Origin: Nitrospira japonica
GTDB taxonomy: Bacteria; Nitrospirota; Thermodesulfovibrionia; UBA6902
Direction: 5' to 3'
Assembly: GCA_020723105.1 (NCBI GenBank)
Contig: DYJL01000006.1
Span: 64,689-128,688 of the forward strand
Length of the DNA stretch: 64,000 nt
Shown here: positions 20,211-30,287 of the stretch, piece after piece
How positions within the stretch are numbered: the first letter of the stretch is position 1
How the letters are laid out: each line of letters opens with the position of its first letter
Translations under genes and position numbers: made by a program
Notes under the pieces: generated by a model
Told to the model about the DNA's origin: nothing
What the model saw: the letters and a program-made list of their open reading frames with translations, nothing else
Database searches by the model: none

Positions 20211-21049
20211 GACACAGAGCCTGTCTAAAAACTCAGTTTCCATATCACTCGAAAAATCTTTTTTCATGAATTCTCTTACAATAAATCATTTGGTAAAAAC
20301 AGCGTTGGTAATCTTCTTGTAATCTGTTAATAATAGTGCTCATTTAATATCAAAAGTGCCCGTTTAAGTACATGGCGCATTCGCTAATAAAACTTTCCCT
20401 TCAATAATCCTTCTGCTTATTTTCAATAAATTATGGGCAACCGCTCCTACCTTCCATTCGATCCTGATTTTTTCTGTCCCCCTCAATAGAAACTGGGTTA
20501 ATCCTTATATATGAAATCCTCTTTCCGGAATAGTTCAGGACGAGCCCCCTTTATCTTGCCGATATTCCTCTCACCGCACTTCCCCATTCCCAATACCCTC
20601 GCCAACAATACAACCTCGGCAAATACTTTCTCTATTAAAGCCCTATTCGCTGTGCGAAATAAACATATTGTTCGAAAGTCCGGCTTCTCCAACGCTGCCA
20701 ACCACATAAAGGCTACATCAGTTTGAAGTTCTGATTCTATCTTCCGGCTTGATCGTATTCCGCTTGCATACCCCCATAAAAGTATCTTCAACATCATTCG
20801 GGGATGTTACGCAGGTCTTCCTTCCACCTTCGCCTCTCTGAATCCGCCTATATCAATTCGTTCCAATATCTCAGAAAATACTCTGACAGAATGATCTTTT
20901 GTTTTCCATTCGTCGAGGCTTGGCGGCAAGAGAAAAACTATGTTCTGATCGTATTGCCTGTAGGGCATGTGATTACCTCCAATTGAAATTTCGGTACTCT
21001 ATCACACACCTGTTGCTCTTGTAAGTTTTTAGACAGGCTCAGCTGTCCC
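20211..21049 (-). mobile_element. decayed, internally deleted IS5/IS1182-family insertion sequence (about 840 bp)
   Basis: Near-perfect terminal inverted repeats gagcctgtctaaaaact (20217-20233) and agtttttagacaggctc (21024-21040), extended imperfectly to gggacacag / ctgtccc. Internally it encodes only the N-terminal third of a transposase, with a premature stop. Confidence 0.7.
20498..20968 (-). pseudogene. IS5/IS1182-family transposase, N-terminal fragment with internal stop/frameshift
   Basis: RBS ggaggtaatcacATG at 20968. ORF1 MPYRQYDQNIVFLLPPSLDEWKTKDHSVRVF...GRPA* stops, and the reading resumes in another frame as HPRMMLKILLWGYASGIRSSRKIE... (InsH N-terminal / DUF772-like). The DDE catalytic domain is absent. 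Confidence 0.7.
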
Positions 21050-21167
21050 TGTTTTCACCAACCACTTTTTTCTTATCTTTATCTTGAAAATAGTAACTGC
21101 TATAAGCTATATTAAATTTCCAAATTTTTTACCTTCTATTTGCTGAAAAATATCGGAGGATAACGAA

Positions 21168-21743
21168 ATGGCAAAAACAATCGAAATTCGCTGGCATGGC
21201 CGCGGCGGTCAGGGAACAGTTACTGCTGCCAAGGTGCTTGCTGACGCATGCCTGAGCGGCGGAAGATATGTCCAGGCATTCCCTGAATACGGGCCTGAGA
21301 GAGCAGGCGCTCCCATCAGGGCCTTTAACAGGGTTAGTGAACATGTTATAAGAATGTACGGTCCGGTCCTTCATCCAAAGGTGGTCAGCATCGCGGATGC
21401 CACACTAATGGATGCGGTGAATGTTACTGACGGGGCCCCTGACGACGCGGTGTTTGTTGTAAACACATCAAAAGACCCGAAAGAGGTAAGAGAGAAGTTG
21501 CATGCAAAGGACACTCAGAAGGTATTCACGGTCAACGCTTCAAAAATTGCCATAGAGTGTTTTGGAAAACCGCTCCCGAATTCCTCGATGCTGGGCGCTA
21601 TAATTAAAGCGACCGAGGTTGTTGAAATGGATACACTCCTGGAAAATGTCAAGAAGAGTTTCGGCAAGAAGTTTGCCCAGAAGATCATTGATGGCAATCT
21701 TGAGGCTACAAAGCGCGGATATGAGGAGGTAAAAGAAGGATGA
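21168..21743 (+). CDS. porG: 2-oxoacid (pyruvate/ketoisovalerate):ferredoxin oxidoreductase, gamma subunit
   Basis: 191 aa; GRGGQG motif; first gene of the porGDAB order. Confidence 0.85.
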   Translation: MAKTIEIRWHGRGGQGTVTAAKVLADACLSGGRYVQAFPEYGPERAGAPIRAFNRVSEHVIRMYGPVLHPKVVSIADATLMDAVNVTDGAPDDAVFVVNTSKDPKEVREKLHAKDTQKVFTVNASKIAIECFGKPLPNSSMLGAIIKATEVVEMDTLLENVKKSFGKKFAQKIIDGNLEATKRGYEEVKEG

Positions 21744-22036
21744 GTAAGAAATTTTGGGAAACACTTCCGCAAGGCTCTGTTGTATTAGAGGCCGGAAGTT
21801 CAGCTAAATTCAAGACAGGCGGCTGGCGGTCTATGAAGCCGAAGTGGATAGAAGAAAACTGTATACAATGTTTATTCTGCTGGATGTATTGCCCTGACAT
21901 GTCGGTCAAGGTCACTGCGGAAGGCAAGAGAGCTGAATTTAATTATGATTACTGCAAGGGCTGCGGTATATGCGCCCTTGAATGCCCCGGTAAGAAAGGC
22001 AATAAAGCGATCGTAATGGAAGAGGAGGGCAAATAG
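21740..22036 (+). CDS. porD: 2-oxoacid:ferredoxin oxidoreductase, delta subunit (2x[4Fe-4S] ferredoxin)
   Basis: Two CxxCxxCxxxCP motifs (CIQCLFCWMYCPD, CKGCGICALECP). Confidence 0.85.
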   Translation: MSKKFWETLPQGSVVLEAGSSAKFKTGGWRSMKPKWIEENCIQCLFCWMYCPDMSVKVTAEGKRAEFNYDYCKGCGICALECPGKKGNKAIVMEEEGK

Positions 22037-23215
22037 ATGGGTAAGATAGTAGCTGTAACAGGAAACGAAGCATGCGCGCAGGCCCTGAAGCAGATCAATC
22101 CCGATGTATGCGCAGCATATCCGATCACACCAGCCACGGACCTTATGCAGAGGTTTTCCAGTTATGTTAATAATGGCCAGGTAGACACAGAGCTTGTGCT
22201 TGTAGAGAGTGAGCACAGCGCAATGAGCGCCTGCATAGGGGCTGCAGCAGCAGGCGGACGGGTTGCCACAGCAACTTCATCACAGGGTCTGGCCCTGATG
22301 TGGGAGATGCTTTATATAGCAGCAGGAACCAGGCTTCCTATAATCATGCCCCTTGTTAACAGGGCGCTTTCTGCTCCGTTGAATATTCATGGTGATCATT
22401 CAGACGGCATGGGCGCGAGGGACACAGGCTGGATACAGCTTTATTCAGAGAATGCACAGGAAGCATATGACAACACCATTCAAGCCTTCAAGATCGCGGA
22501 ACACATGGACATAAGGCTGCCCGCAATGGTCTGCATGGATGGCTTTATCGTCAGTCACTCCATTGAGAGGGTTGAATATATTGATGATGCGGACGTTAAA
22601 AACTTTGTGGGAAAGTTTCAGGCGGTAAATCCACTGCTTGATCTGGACAAGCCCAAAAGCTACGGGCCTCTGATCCTGACTGACCTTTACCATGAATATA
22701 AAAGGGCACAGCATGAAGTAATGACAAAAGTCCCGAAGGTTGTGCTTGAGGTTGCCGCGGAGTTTGAAAAGATGACCGGCAGAAAATACAGCCTCTTTGA
22801 AACATACAGACTCGAAGACGCGGAAATAGCGATCGTGGTCATGAGCTCGGCAGCAGGCACCACCAAAGACATCATCGACCAGTACAGGGACAAAGGTGTA
22901 AAGATCGGCCTCCTCAAGCCGAGGATGTTCAGGCCATTCCCGTATTTGGAAATAGCTGATGCGCTTAAGCACCTGAAGGCAATAGCTGTCCTTGACAGGG
23001 CTGACTCCTTCGGCGGCTACGGGCCGTTGTTCATGGAAATCGCAAGCGCGGTTACTTCAATGGACACAAAGCCCGCAATGATAAACAAGATATTTGGACT
23101 TGGCGGTAGGGACTACCTCCCTGAGCAGGGAGAGCACGTAATTGATGAGCTTATTAATGTAGCTAAAACCGGAAAAGTTCAAACCGTAAAAGAATATATC
23201 GGAGTGAGAGAATAA
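22037..23215 (+). CDS. porA: 2-oxoacid:ferredoxin oxidoreductase, alpha subunit
   Basis: 392 aa; residue pattern consistent with the PFOR domain I/II family; position in the cluster. Confidence 0.85.
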   Translation: MGKIVAVTGNEACAQALKQINPDVCAAYPITPATDLMQRFSSYVNNGQVDTELVLVESEHSAMSACIGAAAAGGRVATATSSQGLALMWEMLYIAAGTRLPIIMPLVNRALSAPLNIHGDHSDGMGARDTGWIQLYSENAQEAYDNTIQAFKIAEHMDIRLPAMVCMDGFIVSHSIERVEYIDDADVKNFVGKFQAVNPLLDLDKPKSYGPLILTDLYHEYKRAQHEVMTKVPKVVLEVAAEFEKMTGRKYSLFETYRLEDAEIAIVVMSSAAGTTKDIIDQYRDKGVKIGLLKPRMFRPFPYLEIADALKHLKAIAVLDRADSFGGYGPLFMEIASAVTSMDTKPAMINKIFGLGGRDYLPEQGEHVIDELINVAKTGKVQTVKEYIGVRE

Positions 23216-23220
23216 ATATG

Positions 23221-23300
23221 GTAGTCAGTAGACAGTAGTTAGTAGTAAAGAGAAAAACCAAATTCTTTCCCATAACTACTTGCTGCTTACTACTAACTAC
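23221..23300 (+). repeat. heptamer arrays (GTAGTNA)x4 ... (NACTACT)x4 forming a long imperfect inverted repeat
   Basis: gtagtcagtagacagtagttagtagtaa (23221-23248) and ttactactaactac (23287-23300) are reverse complements; porA-porB spacer. Confidence 0.6.
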
Positions 23301-23324
23301 TTTATCAAAAGTGAGGAGATAAAA

Positions 23325-24287
23325 ATGACAACTAAACCGCTTAAACTTAAAGAGCTTGCAAAGGGAGAAGACAGGTTTGCGCATGGCCACAGGATGTGCG
23401 CGGGCTGCGGAGCTCCTATAGTTGTAAAACAGGTGCTTATGGCAACCGATTATCCCATTATCGCTTCTAACGCAACCGGATGCCTTGAGGTGTCCTCATG
23501 CATACAGCAATTCACTGCGTGGAAGATCCCTTGGATACACAGCGCCTTTGAGAATGCAGCTGCAACGATATCCGGTGTTGAGGCCATGTACAAGTCTCTC
23601 GTAAAACAGGGCAAGCTTGAGGACAAGCAGGTCAAGTTCATCGCCTTCGGTGGAGACGGTGGTACGTATGATATCGGTTTTCAGAGCCTTTCGGGGGCCA
23701 TGGAGCGTGGACATGATATGATGTACATTTGTTACGACAACGGCGCGTACATGAACACAGGGATACAGCGTTCAAGTGCCACTCCATTTGGAGCCGACAC
23801 AACAACATGCCCCGCGGGAGATGTGATACCCGGCAAACCGCAGCAAAGGAAGGACTTGACCAGGATCATGGCTGCACATGGCATTCCTTACGTAGCCCAG
23901 GCCTCGCCGGCACACTGGATGGACCTTATGAAAAAGGTACAGAAGGCCTTTGAGATAAAAGGCCCCAAATTCATGAATATTATTTCACCGTGTAACCGCG
24001 GTTGGCGCTCACGCACAGATGATGCTATCATGCTGAGCAGGCTCGCTGTTGACACATGTTACTGGCCGCTTTACGAAATAGAAAATGGAGTTACAAAAAT
24101 TACATATAAGCCCAAAGAGAAAAAGGCGCTTATTGACTTCCTGAAACCGCAGGGCCGATTCAAACACATGTTCGCAAAGGAAAACGAGTGGATGCTGAAA
24201 CAGGCACAGGAACAGGTAGATGCTCAATGGGAGCGACTCTTAAAGGAAGACTCAGCAGTAAGGGAAGAGAAACCGGCAGAAGGATAA
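23325..24287 (+). CDS. porB: 2-oxoacid:ferredoxin oxidoreductase, beta subunit (TPP-binding)
   Basis: CAGCG...GDGG TPP/Fe-S motifs; start placed at MTTKPLKL with a GAGGAG RBS. Confidence 0.85.
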   Translation: MTTKPLKLKELAKGEDRFAHGHRMCAGCGAPIVVKQVLMATDYPIIASNATGCLEVSSCIQQFTAWKIPWIHSAFENAAATISGVEAMYKSLVKQGKLEDKQVKFIAFGGDGGTYDIGFQSLSGAMERGHDMMYICYDNGAYMNTGIQRSSATPFGADTTTCPAGDVIPGKPQQRKDLTRIMAAHGIPYVAQASPAHWMDLMKKVQKAFEIKGPKFMNIISPCNRGWRSRTDDAIMLSRLAVDTCYWPLYEIENGVTKITYKPKEKKALIDFLKPQGRFKHMFAKENEWMLKQAQEQVDAQWERLLKEDSAVREEKPAEG

Positions 24288-24315
24288 TTAGTGTCTGTCC
24301 ATAAAGTCTGCTTTT

Positions 24316-24409
24316 TTGTCATTCCTGAGAAAGCAGGAATCCAGACAGAAAACATGGATTCTCGCCACGGCGAGTCGCTGTGGTGACCGCAACAAGTACG
24401 GAATGACAA
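24316..24409. repeat. palindromic intergenic repeat element (TTGTCATTCC...GGAATGACAA family), 94 bp
   Basis: 10-bp terminal inverted repeats; internal hairpins attcctg-agaaag-caggaat and ctcgcc-acgg-cgag; translates to the spurious VIPEKAGIQ-type ORF at 24224-24409. Confidence 0.65.
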
Positions 24410-24441
24410 ATTGTTTCAGATAAAATTATAATAGAAAGCGT

Positions 24442-24517
24442 TCCCGGGTAGCTCAGCCGGCAGAGCAGGTGGCTGTTAACCACCCTGTCGGGGGTTCGAA
24501 TCCCTCCCCGGGAGCCA
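24442..24517 (+). tRNA. tRNA-Asn (anticodon GTT)
   Basis: 76 nt; 7-bp acceptor stem tcccggg/cccggga, D-arm gctc...gagc, anticodon stem-loop ggtgg-ctGTTaa-ccacc, T-arm ggggg-ttcgaat-ccctc, discriminator G and encoded CCA. Confidence 0.85.
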
Positions 24518-24521
24518 TTTT

Positions 24522-26474
24522 TTAATTTACCACGGCTTCCTTTTTAATCTTCTCAAGCAGAGTGCATATCTCAGACGATATATTTTCCATATCCTTATGA
24601 GTGGTTTTGGCTTTTATTTTATCGCCTGAATTATATGCTGATACAGCTTCTTTTGCCAGGGCATGTATCTTTACGTGTGGTGCGTCTATGGCTTTGAATG
24701 AATGTAAATTGGCGCATAAATTCATTCCCTCTCCAAAATACCACTTGCCGAATTTGCAGTTGCGGTGGTCCGGTAAATGTGAAGGCTCCAGAGACATATT
24801 GCCTCTTAAACATTCGCCCACCTTACTTACAAACAGTTTGTGGGCTGTCTTTGCAATATCCAGCATCATCAACTCGCTTCCTTTTGTTTTAAAGCCTGTA
24901 TCCGTGTCCCGCAGTTCTTCGGTCATCTTTATCATGCTGCCTACTTCGCACATCAAATCGTATGCCATTTTATCAATGTCTTTTGCGATGGCAGAGGTTT
25001 TTTCTATATTCCTCGTAACATCTTCAGTTGCTGAAGACTGTTCGACAACAGCTGTTGCTATTTGTGTTATCTCAGTGCCGACTCTTTGAACGGATTCGAC
25101 AACGGTTTGAAGGACATTATTTAAATTTTGTATATGTCCCACAGCCTTTGTTATCCCCTTTGAAGATTCAGCCATGGATCTTGTAGTCAGCTTCGTTTCA
25201 GCGCTGACTGATTTGATCTTTTCGGATATCTCGGTCGTTGCGTTAATGGTCCTTTCAGCGAGTTTTCTGACTTCATCTGCCACTACTGCAAAACCCCTTC
25301 CCTGTTCCCCTGCCCGGGCTGACTCAATGGCTGCGTTCAGGGCGAGCAGATTTGTCTGATCGGCAATGTCCTGAATTACCGTAACTATTCCTCCTATTTC
25401 CACTACTTTATTATTCAGCTTATCAATCATAACAGCAAGCTCTTTTGAGGATGTATCTACTTCATTAATAGTTTCCACAGACATATTCGTTATCTGCTTG
25501 CCTCCTTCTGCTATCTCTATCGCTTTTGATGACAGCTCAGATGCTGCCGATGCATTTTTTGCAATGGCAGTTATGGTCTGGCTCATTTCCTCGGATGCTG
25601 CTGCTATTTGTGCGGACTGATCAGACTGCTCTTTGGCTCCGTCAGCAGCAGTGTCTGCCTTTTCGCGCAGGACATCTACCTTGTTCGCCAGATTATTGAC
25701 AGTTGTAAATATGTTGTTTATTATATTGCTGAAGGACTGGACCATTTTATTCATATCCTGTGCAAGCATGCCGATTTCATCATTGCTGTGGGAGTCAATA
25801 TTTATCCTTAAATCACCGCTTGATAGTTGTTTGACTTTAGCAGTCAATCCTGACAAAGGCTTAAAAACGATATTGACTGTCAGGATTACGAGCGCAGTAA
25901 CTGCCAATACACCGATTAATCCAAACCCCAGATAATAATTGCGGGACGAACTGATTTTATTGAATGATTCTGTAAGAGGGATTTTTATACTGATGGCGCC
26001 CAGGACGGTTCCATCTTTTACATTGTGACAGGAAAGACAATTCTTGCCCATAAAATTCGCTTTTGCTATATACGGGTAAACACCGCGCAGATAATCACCT
26101 TCAAGTACAATCTGTTCTTTACCGTTTGCAAGTACCTCTTTCTCAATCTTATCTTTTGGATATTCATCAGGCAAACCTTTCCTAAATTCTTTATCTGTTG
26201 CTACGGACCGTATAAGCCTTATATCAGCAATATACTTCATCTGTTCGTAGAAAGGTTTTTCACCATCTTTAAAGTTACCCATAATCATCATTGTGGTCAA
26301 AGCATTTAACATTGTGTCTCTGTAGCCGTTGAGTGCAGTGGTTTTCGCCTCATCTATAACAATGTGCCTGGTCCTTATAGTTGTTACCGTAACGGAGATT
26401 ATGACTCCAGTTATTACAATGGCAATAATTGGTATCGTTATCTTCCACTTAAGCGGCAGTCTCTTAAGATCCAT
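24522..26474 (-). CDS. methyl-accepting chemotaxis protein with periplasmic CxxCH (c-type haem) sensor domain and C-terminal CZB zinc-binding domain
   Basis: 650 aa; TM1, periplasmic domain containing CLSCH, TM2, HAMP, MCP signalling domain; C-terminal ...H...[12 protein letters not shown]...H matches the chemoreceptor zinc-binding (CZB) signature. Confidence 0.8.
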   Translation of the reverse strand: MDLKRLPLKWKITIPIIAIVITGVIISVTVTTIRTRHIVIDEAKTTALNGYRDTMLNALTTMMIMGNFKDGEKPFYEQMKYIADIRLIRSVATDKEFRKGLPDEYPKDKIEKEVLANGKEQIVLEGDYLRGVYPYIAKANFMGKNCLSCHNVKDGTVLGAISIKIPLTESFNKISSSRNYYLGFGLIGVLAVTALVILTVNIVFKPLSGLTAKVKQLSSGDLRINIDSHSNDEIGMLAQDMNKMVQSFSNIINNIFTTVNNLANKVDVLREKADTAADGAKEQSDQSAQIAAASEEMSQTITAIAKNASAASELSSKAIEIAEGGKQITNMSVETINEVDTSSKELAVMIDKLNNKVVEIGGIVTVIQDIADQTNLLALNAAIESARAGEQGRGFAVVADEVRKLAERTINATTEISEKIKSVSAETKLTTRSMAESSKGITKAVGHIQNLNNVLQTVVESVQRVGTEITQIATAVVEQSSATEDVTRNIEKTSAIAKDIDKMAYDLMCEVGSMIKMTEELRDTDTGFKTKGSELMMLDIAKTAHKLFVSKVGECLRGNMSLEPSHLPDHRNCKFGKWYFGEGMNLCANLHSFKAIDAPHVKIHALAKEAVSAYNSGDKIKAKTTHKDMENISSEICTLLEKIKKEAVVN

Positions 26475-26670
26475 TATGCTCCTCCAATAACAATGAATTA
26501 TGCTTCATTAGTCGGATTCCTTAGGGAAAATCTTTAATAAGGTTTTGTAATAACTTTTTAAGCAAAAGCACTCCAATGTCCATATGATTTCTATAGTTAA
26601 CTTCATATTATTAAATGCTCTCTGATGGCTTTGACTTTTTGAAAACTTTCTTTTAAACTTCAATGACATT

Positions 26671-27321
26671 ATGAACGGAGATACAGTATTAACACTCATA
26701 TTTAAAGCCGGACCGGTTGTAAAAATAGTCCTTCTCATATTGTTGTTGTTCTCGGTTTTCTCATGGGCCATCATCTTCTATAAATTCAGATTACTGTCAA
26801 AAGTTGAAAAAGAATCTAAAGAATTTTATGAGGCTTTTTTAAAGGGTAAGCAATGGGATGCATTGTATAAATCTACAAAAAGATTTACAGTCAGCCCTCT
26901 GGCAAACCTGTTCAGGGCTGCATATTCCATCGAAGATGCGGGCATGGATGAAATAAGAAGCACACTGAAGAAGATTGAATCATCAGAAACAGCCCGGCTT
27001 GAGAAATATCTTACATTCCTTGCAACAACCGGCTCGACCACTCCATTCATAGGGCTCTTTGGCACGGTCTGGGGAATAATGAATTCATTTATGGGTATTG
27101 GAAGAATAGGCGCAGCCTCACTTGCAGTAGTGGCCCCCGGTATTGCAGAAGCCCTTATAGCCACAGCAGCCGGCCTTGCCGCGGCAATTCCTGCTGTAAT
27201 AGCGTATAACTATTTTCTCAGCAGGACCCGCAAAAACATAATTGTGACAGAAGACTTTTCACAGGAATTAATAGAGCAGCTCGTGAGGAAACATGGAGAA
27301 ACGCAGACAGGCTCTTTCTGA
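26671..27321 (+). CDS. tolQ: Tol-Pal system protein TolQ (MotA/TolQ/ExbB proton channel)
   Basis: 216 aa, 3 TM; followed by tolR-tolA-tolB-pal-cpoB. Confidence 0.85.
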   Translation: MNGDTVLTLIFKAGPVVKIVLLILLLFSVFSWAIIFYKFRLLSKVEKESKEFYEAFLKGKQWDALYKSTKRFTVSPLANLFRAAYSIEDAGMDEIRSTLKKIESSETARLEKYLTFLATTGSTTPFIGLFGTVWGIMNSFMGIGRIGAASLAVVAPGIAEALIATAAGLAAAIPAVIAYNYFLSRTRKNIIVTEDFSQELIEQLVRKHGETQTGSF

Positions 27322-27682
27322 AATCAATGTAACCCCTTTCGTTGACGTCATGCTCGTCCTTCTTATTATATTCATGGTGACTGCGCCGCTGCTTCAGCAG
27401 GGAATAGATGTCACCCTTCCACAGGCCAAAGGGAAAGAAATGTCTCCGGGTGAGAGGGTCGTTATAACGATAAAGAAAGATGGGAAGATATATATGGATA
27501 AAACGACTGTGACCCTGGATAGTCTTAAAGCAAATTTATCAAAGATGGCTGACAGGGAAGTTTTTCTCAAAGCTGATAAAGAGGTTCCCTATGGCCTTGT
27601 AGTGACCCTCATGGGAGAGTTGAGAGAAATTGGCATAGAAAAACTGGGGATGGTGACAGAGCCAAAGGCTCGTATTCAATGA
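27293..27682 (+). CDS. tolR: Tol-Pal system protein TolR (ExbD/TolR family)
   Basis: 129 aa; single N-terminal TM; residue pattern consistent with the ExbD fold. Confidence 0.85.
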   Translation: MEKRRQALSEINVTPFVDVMLVLLIIFMVTAPLLQQGIDVTLPQAKGKEMSPGERVVITIKKDGKIYMDKTTVTLDSLKANLSKMADREVFLKADKEVPYGLVVTLMGELREIGIEKLGMVTEPKARIQ

Positions 27683-28356
27683 AGCACGCCCTGCATATCG
27701 GGAAAGAACCAAATTTTCAGTTAGTACTGATCGCCTCTGCTGTTATACATTTGCTTCTTATTACCGTTATTGTTATTCCGCTTAAGACAAGAGAGAAGGA
27801 ATATAAAAGTTACTTTGTAAATCTGGTAGGCCCTGTTAATACACCATTGGAAGCAGAAGACCATGCTCTCGCAAACGGGAGTAAAGCCGGAGAAATAAGC
27901 AGACCGCTGCCTAAGGCTGATATGGCTCTGGAATCGGCAGAAAAGGTATCAAAAGAGATAGAGAGAATACGCGCCATAAGCGCACTGTCAAAATTGAAGA
28001 AGAAAGATGCAGAGATATCTCATAAAATAGAGATTCTCAGGCAAAAGATCCAGGAGGGTTTTTCAAAGAGCTCAGGCAGTCCGAATGCTGCACAATCAGT
28101 GGGATATGATTCTTACTATGCCATGATTACCCGCAAGATATGGAGCGAATGGATCTATCCTGAATCCGTTTCAGCCGGCCTTGAAGTGATTATAGCTATC
28201 ACGATAGACAGGAATGGGAAAATTATTTCGCATGCGATAGAAAAATCCTCAGGCAATGCACTTTTTGACCGTTCAGCAATAAAGGCTATATTAAAAGCCA
28301 GTCCTCTGCCATCTCCTTCTGTTGAGACTGAAATAGGCGTGAGGTTTTATCTGTGA
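27679..28356 (+). CDS. tolA: TolA-like protein (TonB C-terminal domain family)
   Basis: N-terminal TM, charged helical linker, TonB_C-like C-terminus; position in the tol cluster. Confidence 0.7.
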   Translation: MKHALHIGKEPNFQLVLIASAVIHLLLITVIVIPLKTREKEYKSYFVNLVGPVNTPLEAEDHALANGSKAGEISRPLPKADMALESAEKVSKEIERIRAISALSKLKKKDAEISHKIEILRQKIQEGFSKSSGSPNAAQSVGYDSYYAMITRKIWSEWIYPESVSAGLEVIIAITIDRNGKIISHAIEKSSGNALFDRSAIKAILKASPLPSPSVETEIGVRFYL

Positions 28357-29615
28357 AGATAGATGATAGAGAACAGATGACAGAGAACAGACATAAAAAT
28401 ATCTACTTTCTACTTTCTAATTTCTTTTTTCTTTTTTCCTTTTTCTGCCTTCTGCCTTCTGCCTTTGGAAAGGTCTATATTGATATTACATCGCCTGCAG
28501 TACAGAAACTTCCTATCTCAATATCAACTAAAGATTCTTCCCCCGCAGCAAAAGAGATAGAGTCAATCGTGATGAAGGATCTTGAATTCACAGGGATGTT
28601 CTCTTTTGTGGCTCCGGAAGTCCCCGGGGCAGAGATTACAGCACAAATGGAAGTTACGGTCTCAAACGAAATTACAGTGCTCTGGTCCATTACCGATTTA
28701 ATTGAAAATAAGGAGGTCTTCAGGAATCGAAAGGCTGCTCCTCCAAAAAGCATCCGGGCCATAGCTCACAGCATATCAAACGATATATATAAATTTGTCA
28801 CTGAGAAAGAGGGAGCTTTCAGGACTAAGATATCCTATCTGATATATGCATCACAGGGGAATAAAGAATTGCATTTAATGGACTGGGATGGTGGCAACTC
28901 TATAAAGTTAGTTCCCAATGGATTGACCTCAAGTCATGCCTGGCTCAATAACAGTCTTTCCTTAACTTATTCTTCTCAAAGGAGCAGAGAGTGGAAAATA
29001 TATATTTTTGATCTGGAGGCCTTCAGAGAAACAGTGCTGTTTTCATCAAACGGCCTTAATCTCGTTGGAAATGCTTCACCTCAGGATGAGGTAACATTCT
29101 CATCGTCCAGAGACGGCAATTCAGAAATATATGCCATCGGCAAAGACGGTGGCAATATACGAAAACTTACGCACTCATTTGGCATTGATGTATCCCCAAA
29201 ATTTTCCCCTGACGGAAGCACCATAGCCTTTGTATCAGACCGGGGGGGCACCCCTCAGATATACGTCATGGACTCAAACGGGAGAGTACCCAGAAGGATA
29301 ACATTTGAAGGTTCAAACAACACATCTCCCTCATGGTCGCCTGATGGAAAATGGATAGCTTATACAGGAATGAAGGATGGTAAAAATCAGGTTTTCATGA
29401 TAAAATTTGATGGATCATCGCTAAGACAACTTACTGTTGACGGTAATAATGAAAGCCCGTCATTTTCTCCTGATGGGTTGTTTTTAGCCTTTGATTCTGA
29501 CAGGGACGGCAAACATGGTATCTATATTATGCGTATCAATGGAGAGGAACAGAGAAGGATTACACCGAAAGACATAAAAGCCATGTCGCCGAGATGGTCG
29601 CCTTATCTTAAGTGA
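28353..29615 (+). CDS. tolB: Tol-Pal system beta-propeller protein TolB
   Basis: 420 aa; signal peptide; repeated PxFSPDG...IAF WD40-like blades. Confidence 0.85.
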   Translation: MKIDDREQMTENRHKNIYFLLSNFFFLFSFFCLLPSAFGKVYIDITSPAVQKLPISISTKDSSPAAKEIESIVMKDLEFTGMFSFVAPEVPGAEITAQMEVTVSNEITVLWSITDLIENKEVFRNRKAAPPKSIRAIAHSISNDIYKFVTEKEGAFRTKISYLIYASQGNKELHLMDWDGGNSIKLVPNGLTSSHAWLNNSLSLTYSSQRSREWKIYIFDLEAFRETVLFSSNGLNLVGNASPQDEVTFSSSRDGNSEIYAIGKDGGNIRKLTHSFGIDVSPKFSPDGSTIAFVSDRGGTPQIYVMDSNGRVPRRITFEGSNNTSPSWSPDGKWIAYTGMKDGKNQVFMIKFDGSSLRQLTVDGNNESPSFSPDGLFLAFDSDRDGKHGIYIMRINGEEQRRITPKDIKAMSPRWSPYLK

Positions 29616-29716
29616 ACAATAAGTTGTGAGTAATCAGCAGTGATGGTTAAAATTCTTTTTGATTGTTCATCACTCATTGTTCATTATTAACTAATAATTC
29701 TAAGGAGGGTTTAGCG

Positions 29717-30277
29717 ATGAAAAAAGTCTTGATTGTGCTTTTTATGATTTTTGTTGCGGGTTGTGCAAAAAAATATGTAGCTCCGCCCCAGGAGCCTGCG
29801 GTGCAAAAGGAAACCGTAAAGAAAGAAACTGTTGTACAACCGGAACAGAAAGCTGAACAGAAAGAAGTCGTGAAAGAGATTGTTGAACCAAAAGAAGTTA
29901 AATTGACAGACAGCGCTGTAACAGCAAAGACAGAGGAAACTGCGACCCTCAAGGATGTATTGTTTGATTATGACAAATATAATATAAGAGATGATGCCAG
30001 ACCTGTCCTGGACAAAGCTGCTTCTTTTCTGAAGAAGAACGGAACCATGAGTGTGGTAGTTGAAGGGCACTGTGACGAGAGAGGAACAAATGAGTACAAT
30101 CTTGCACTCGGCGAAAGAAGGGCCAAGGCTGTAAAAGATTATCTCACGTCCCTCGGCATCATGCCTGCAAGGATGTCAGTTGTAACATATGGAGAAGAGA
30201 AACCTCTCTGCACGGAGCAGGACGAGCCATGCTGGCAGAAAAACAGAAGGGCGCACTTTGTCGTTTCAGGGAAATAA
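29717..30277 (+). CDS. pal: peptidoglycan-associated lipoprotein (OmpA family)
   Basis: Lipobox FVAGC; OmpA_C motif NxxLxxxRAxAVxxYL; start moved to the ATG with an AAGGAGGG RBS. Confidence 0.85.
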   Translation: MKKVLIVLFMIFVAGCAKKYVAPPQEPAVQKETVKKETVVQPEQKAEQKEVVKEIVEPKEVKLTDSAVTAKTEETATLKDVLFDYDKYNIRDDARPVLDKAASFLKKNGTMSVVVEGHCDERGTNEYNLALGERRAKAVKDYLTSLGIMPARMSVVTYGEEKPLCTEQDEPCWQKNRRAHFVVSGK

Positions 30278-30287
30278 GACAACTTAT

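Noticed and set aside
22445-22972. 175-aa minus-strand ORF
   Set aside because: Antisense of porA.
24224-24409. 61-aa minus-strand ORF MSFRTCCGHHSDSPWRES...
   Set aside because: Translation of the palindromic repeat element, not a gene.
24601-25089. 162-aa plus-strand ORF
   Set aside because: Antisense of the MCP signalling domain.
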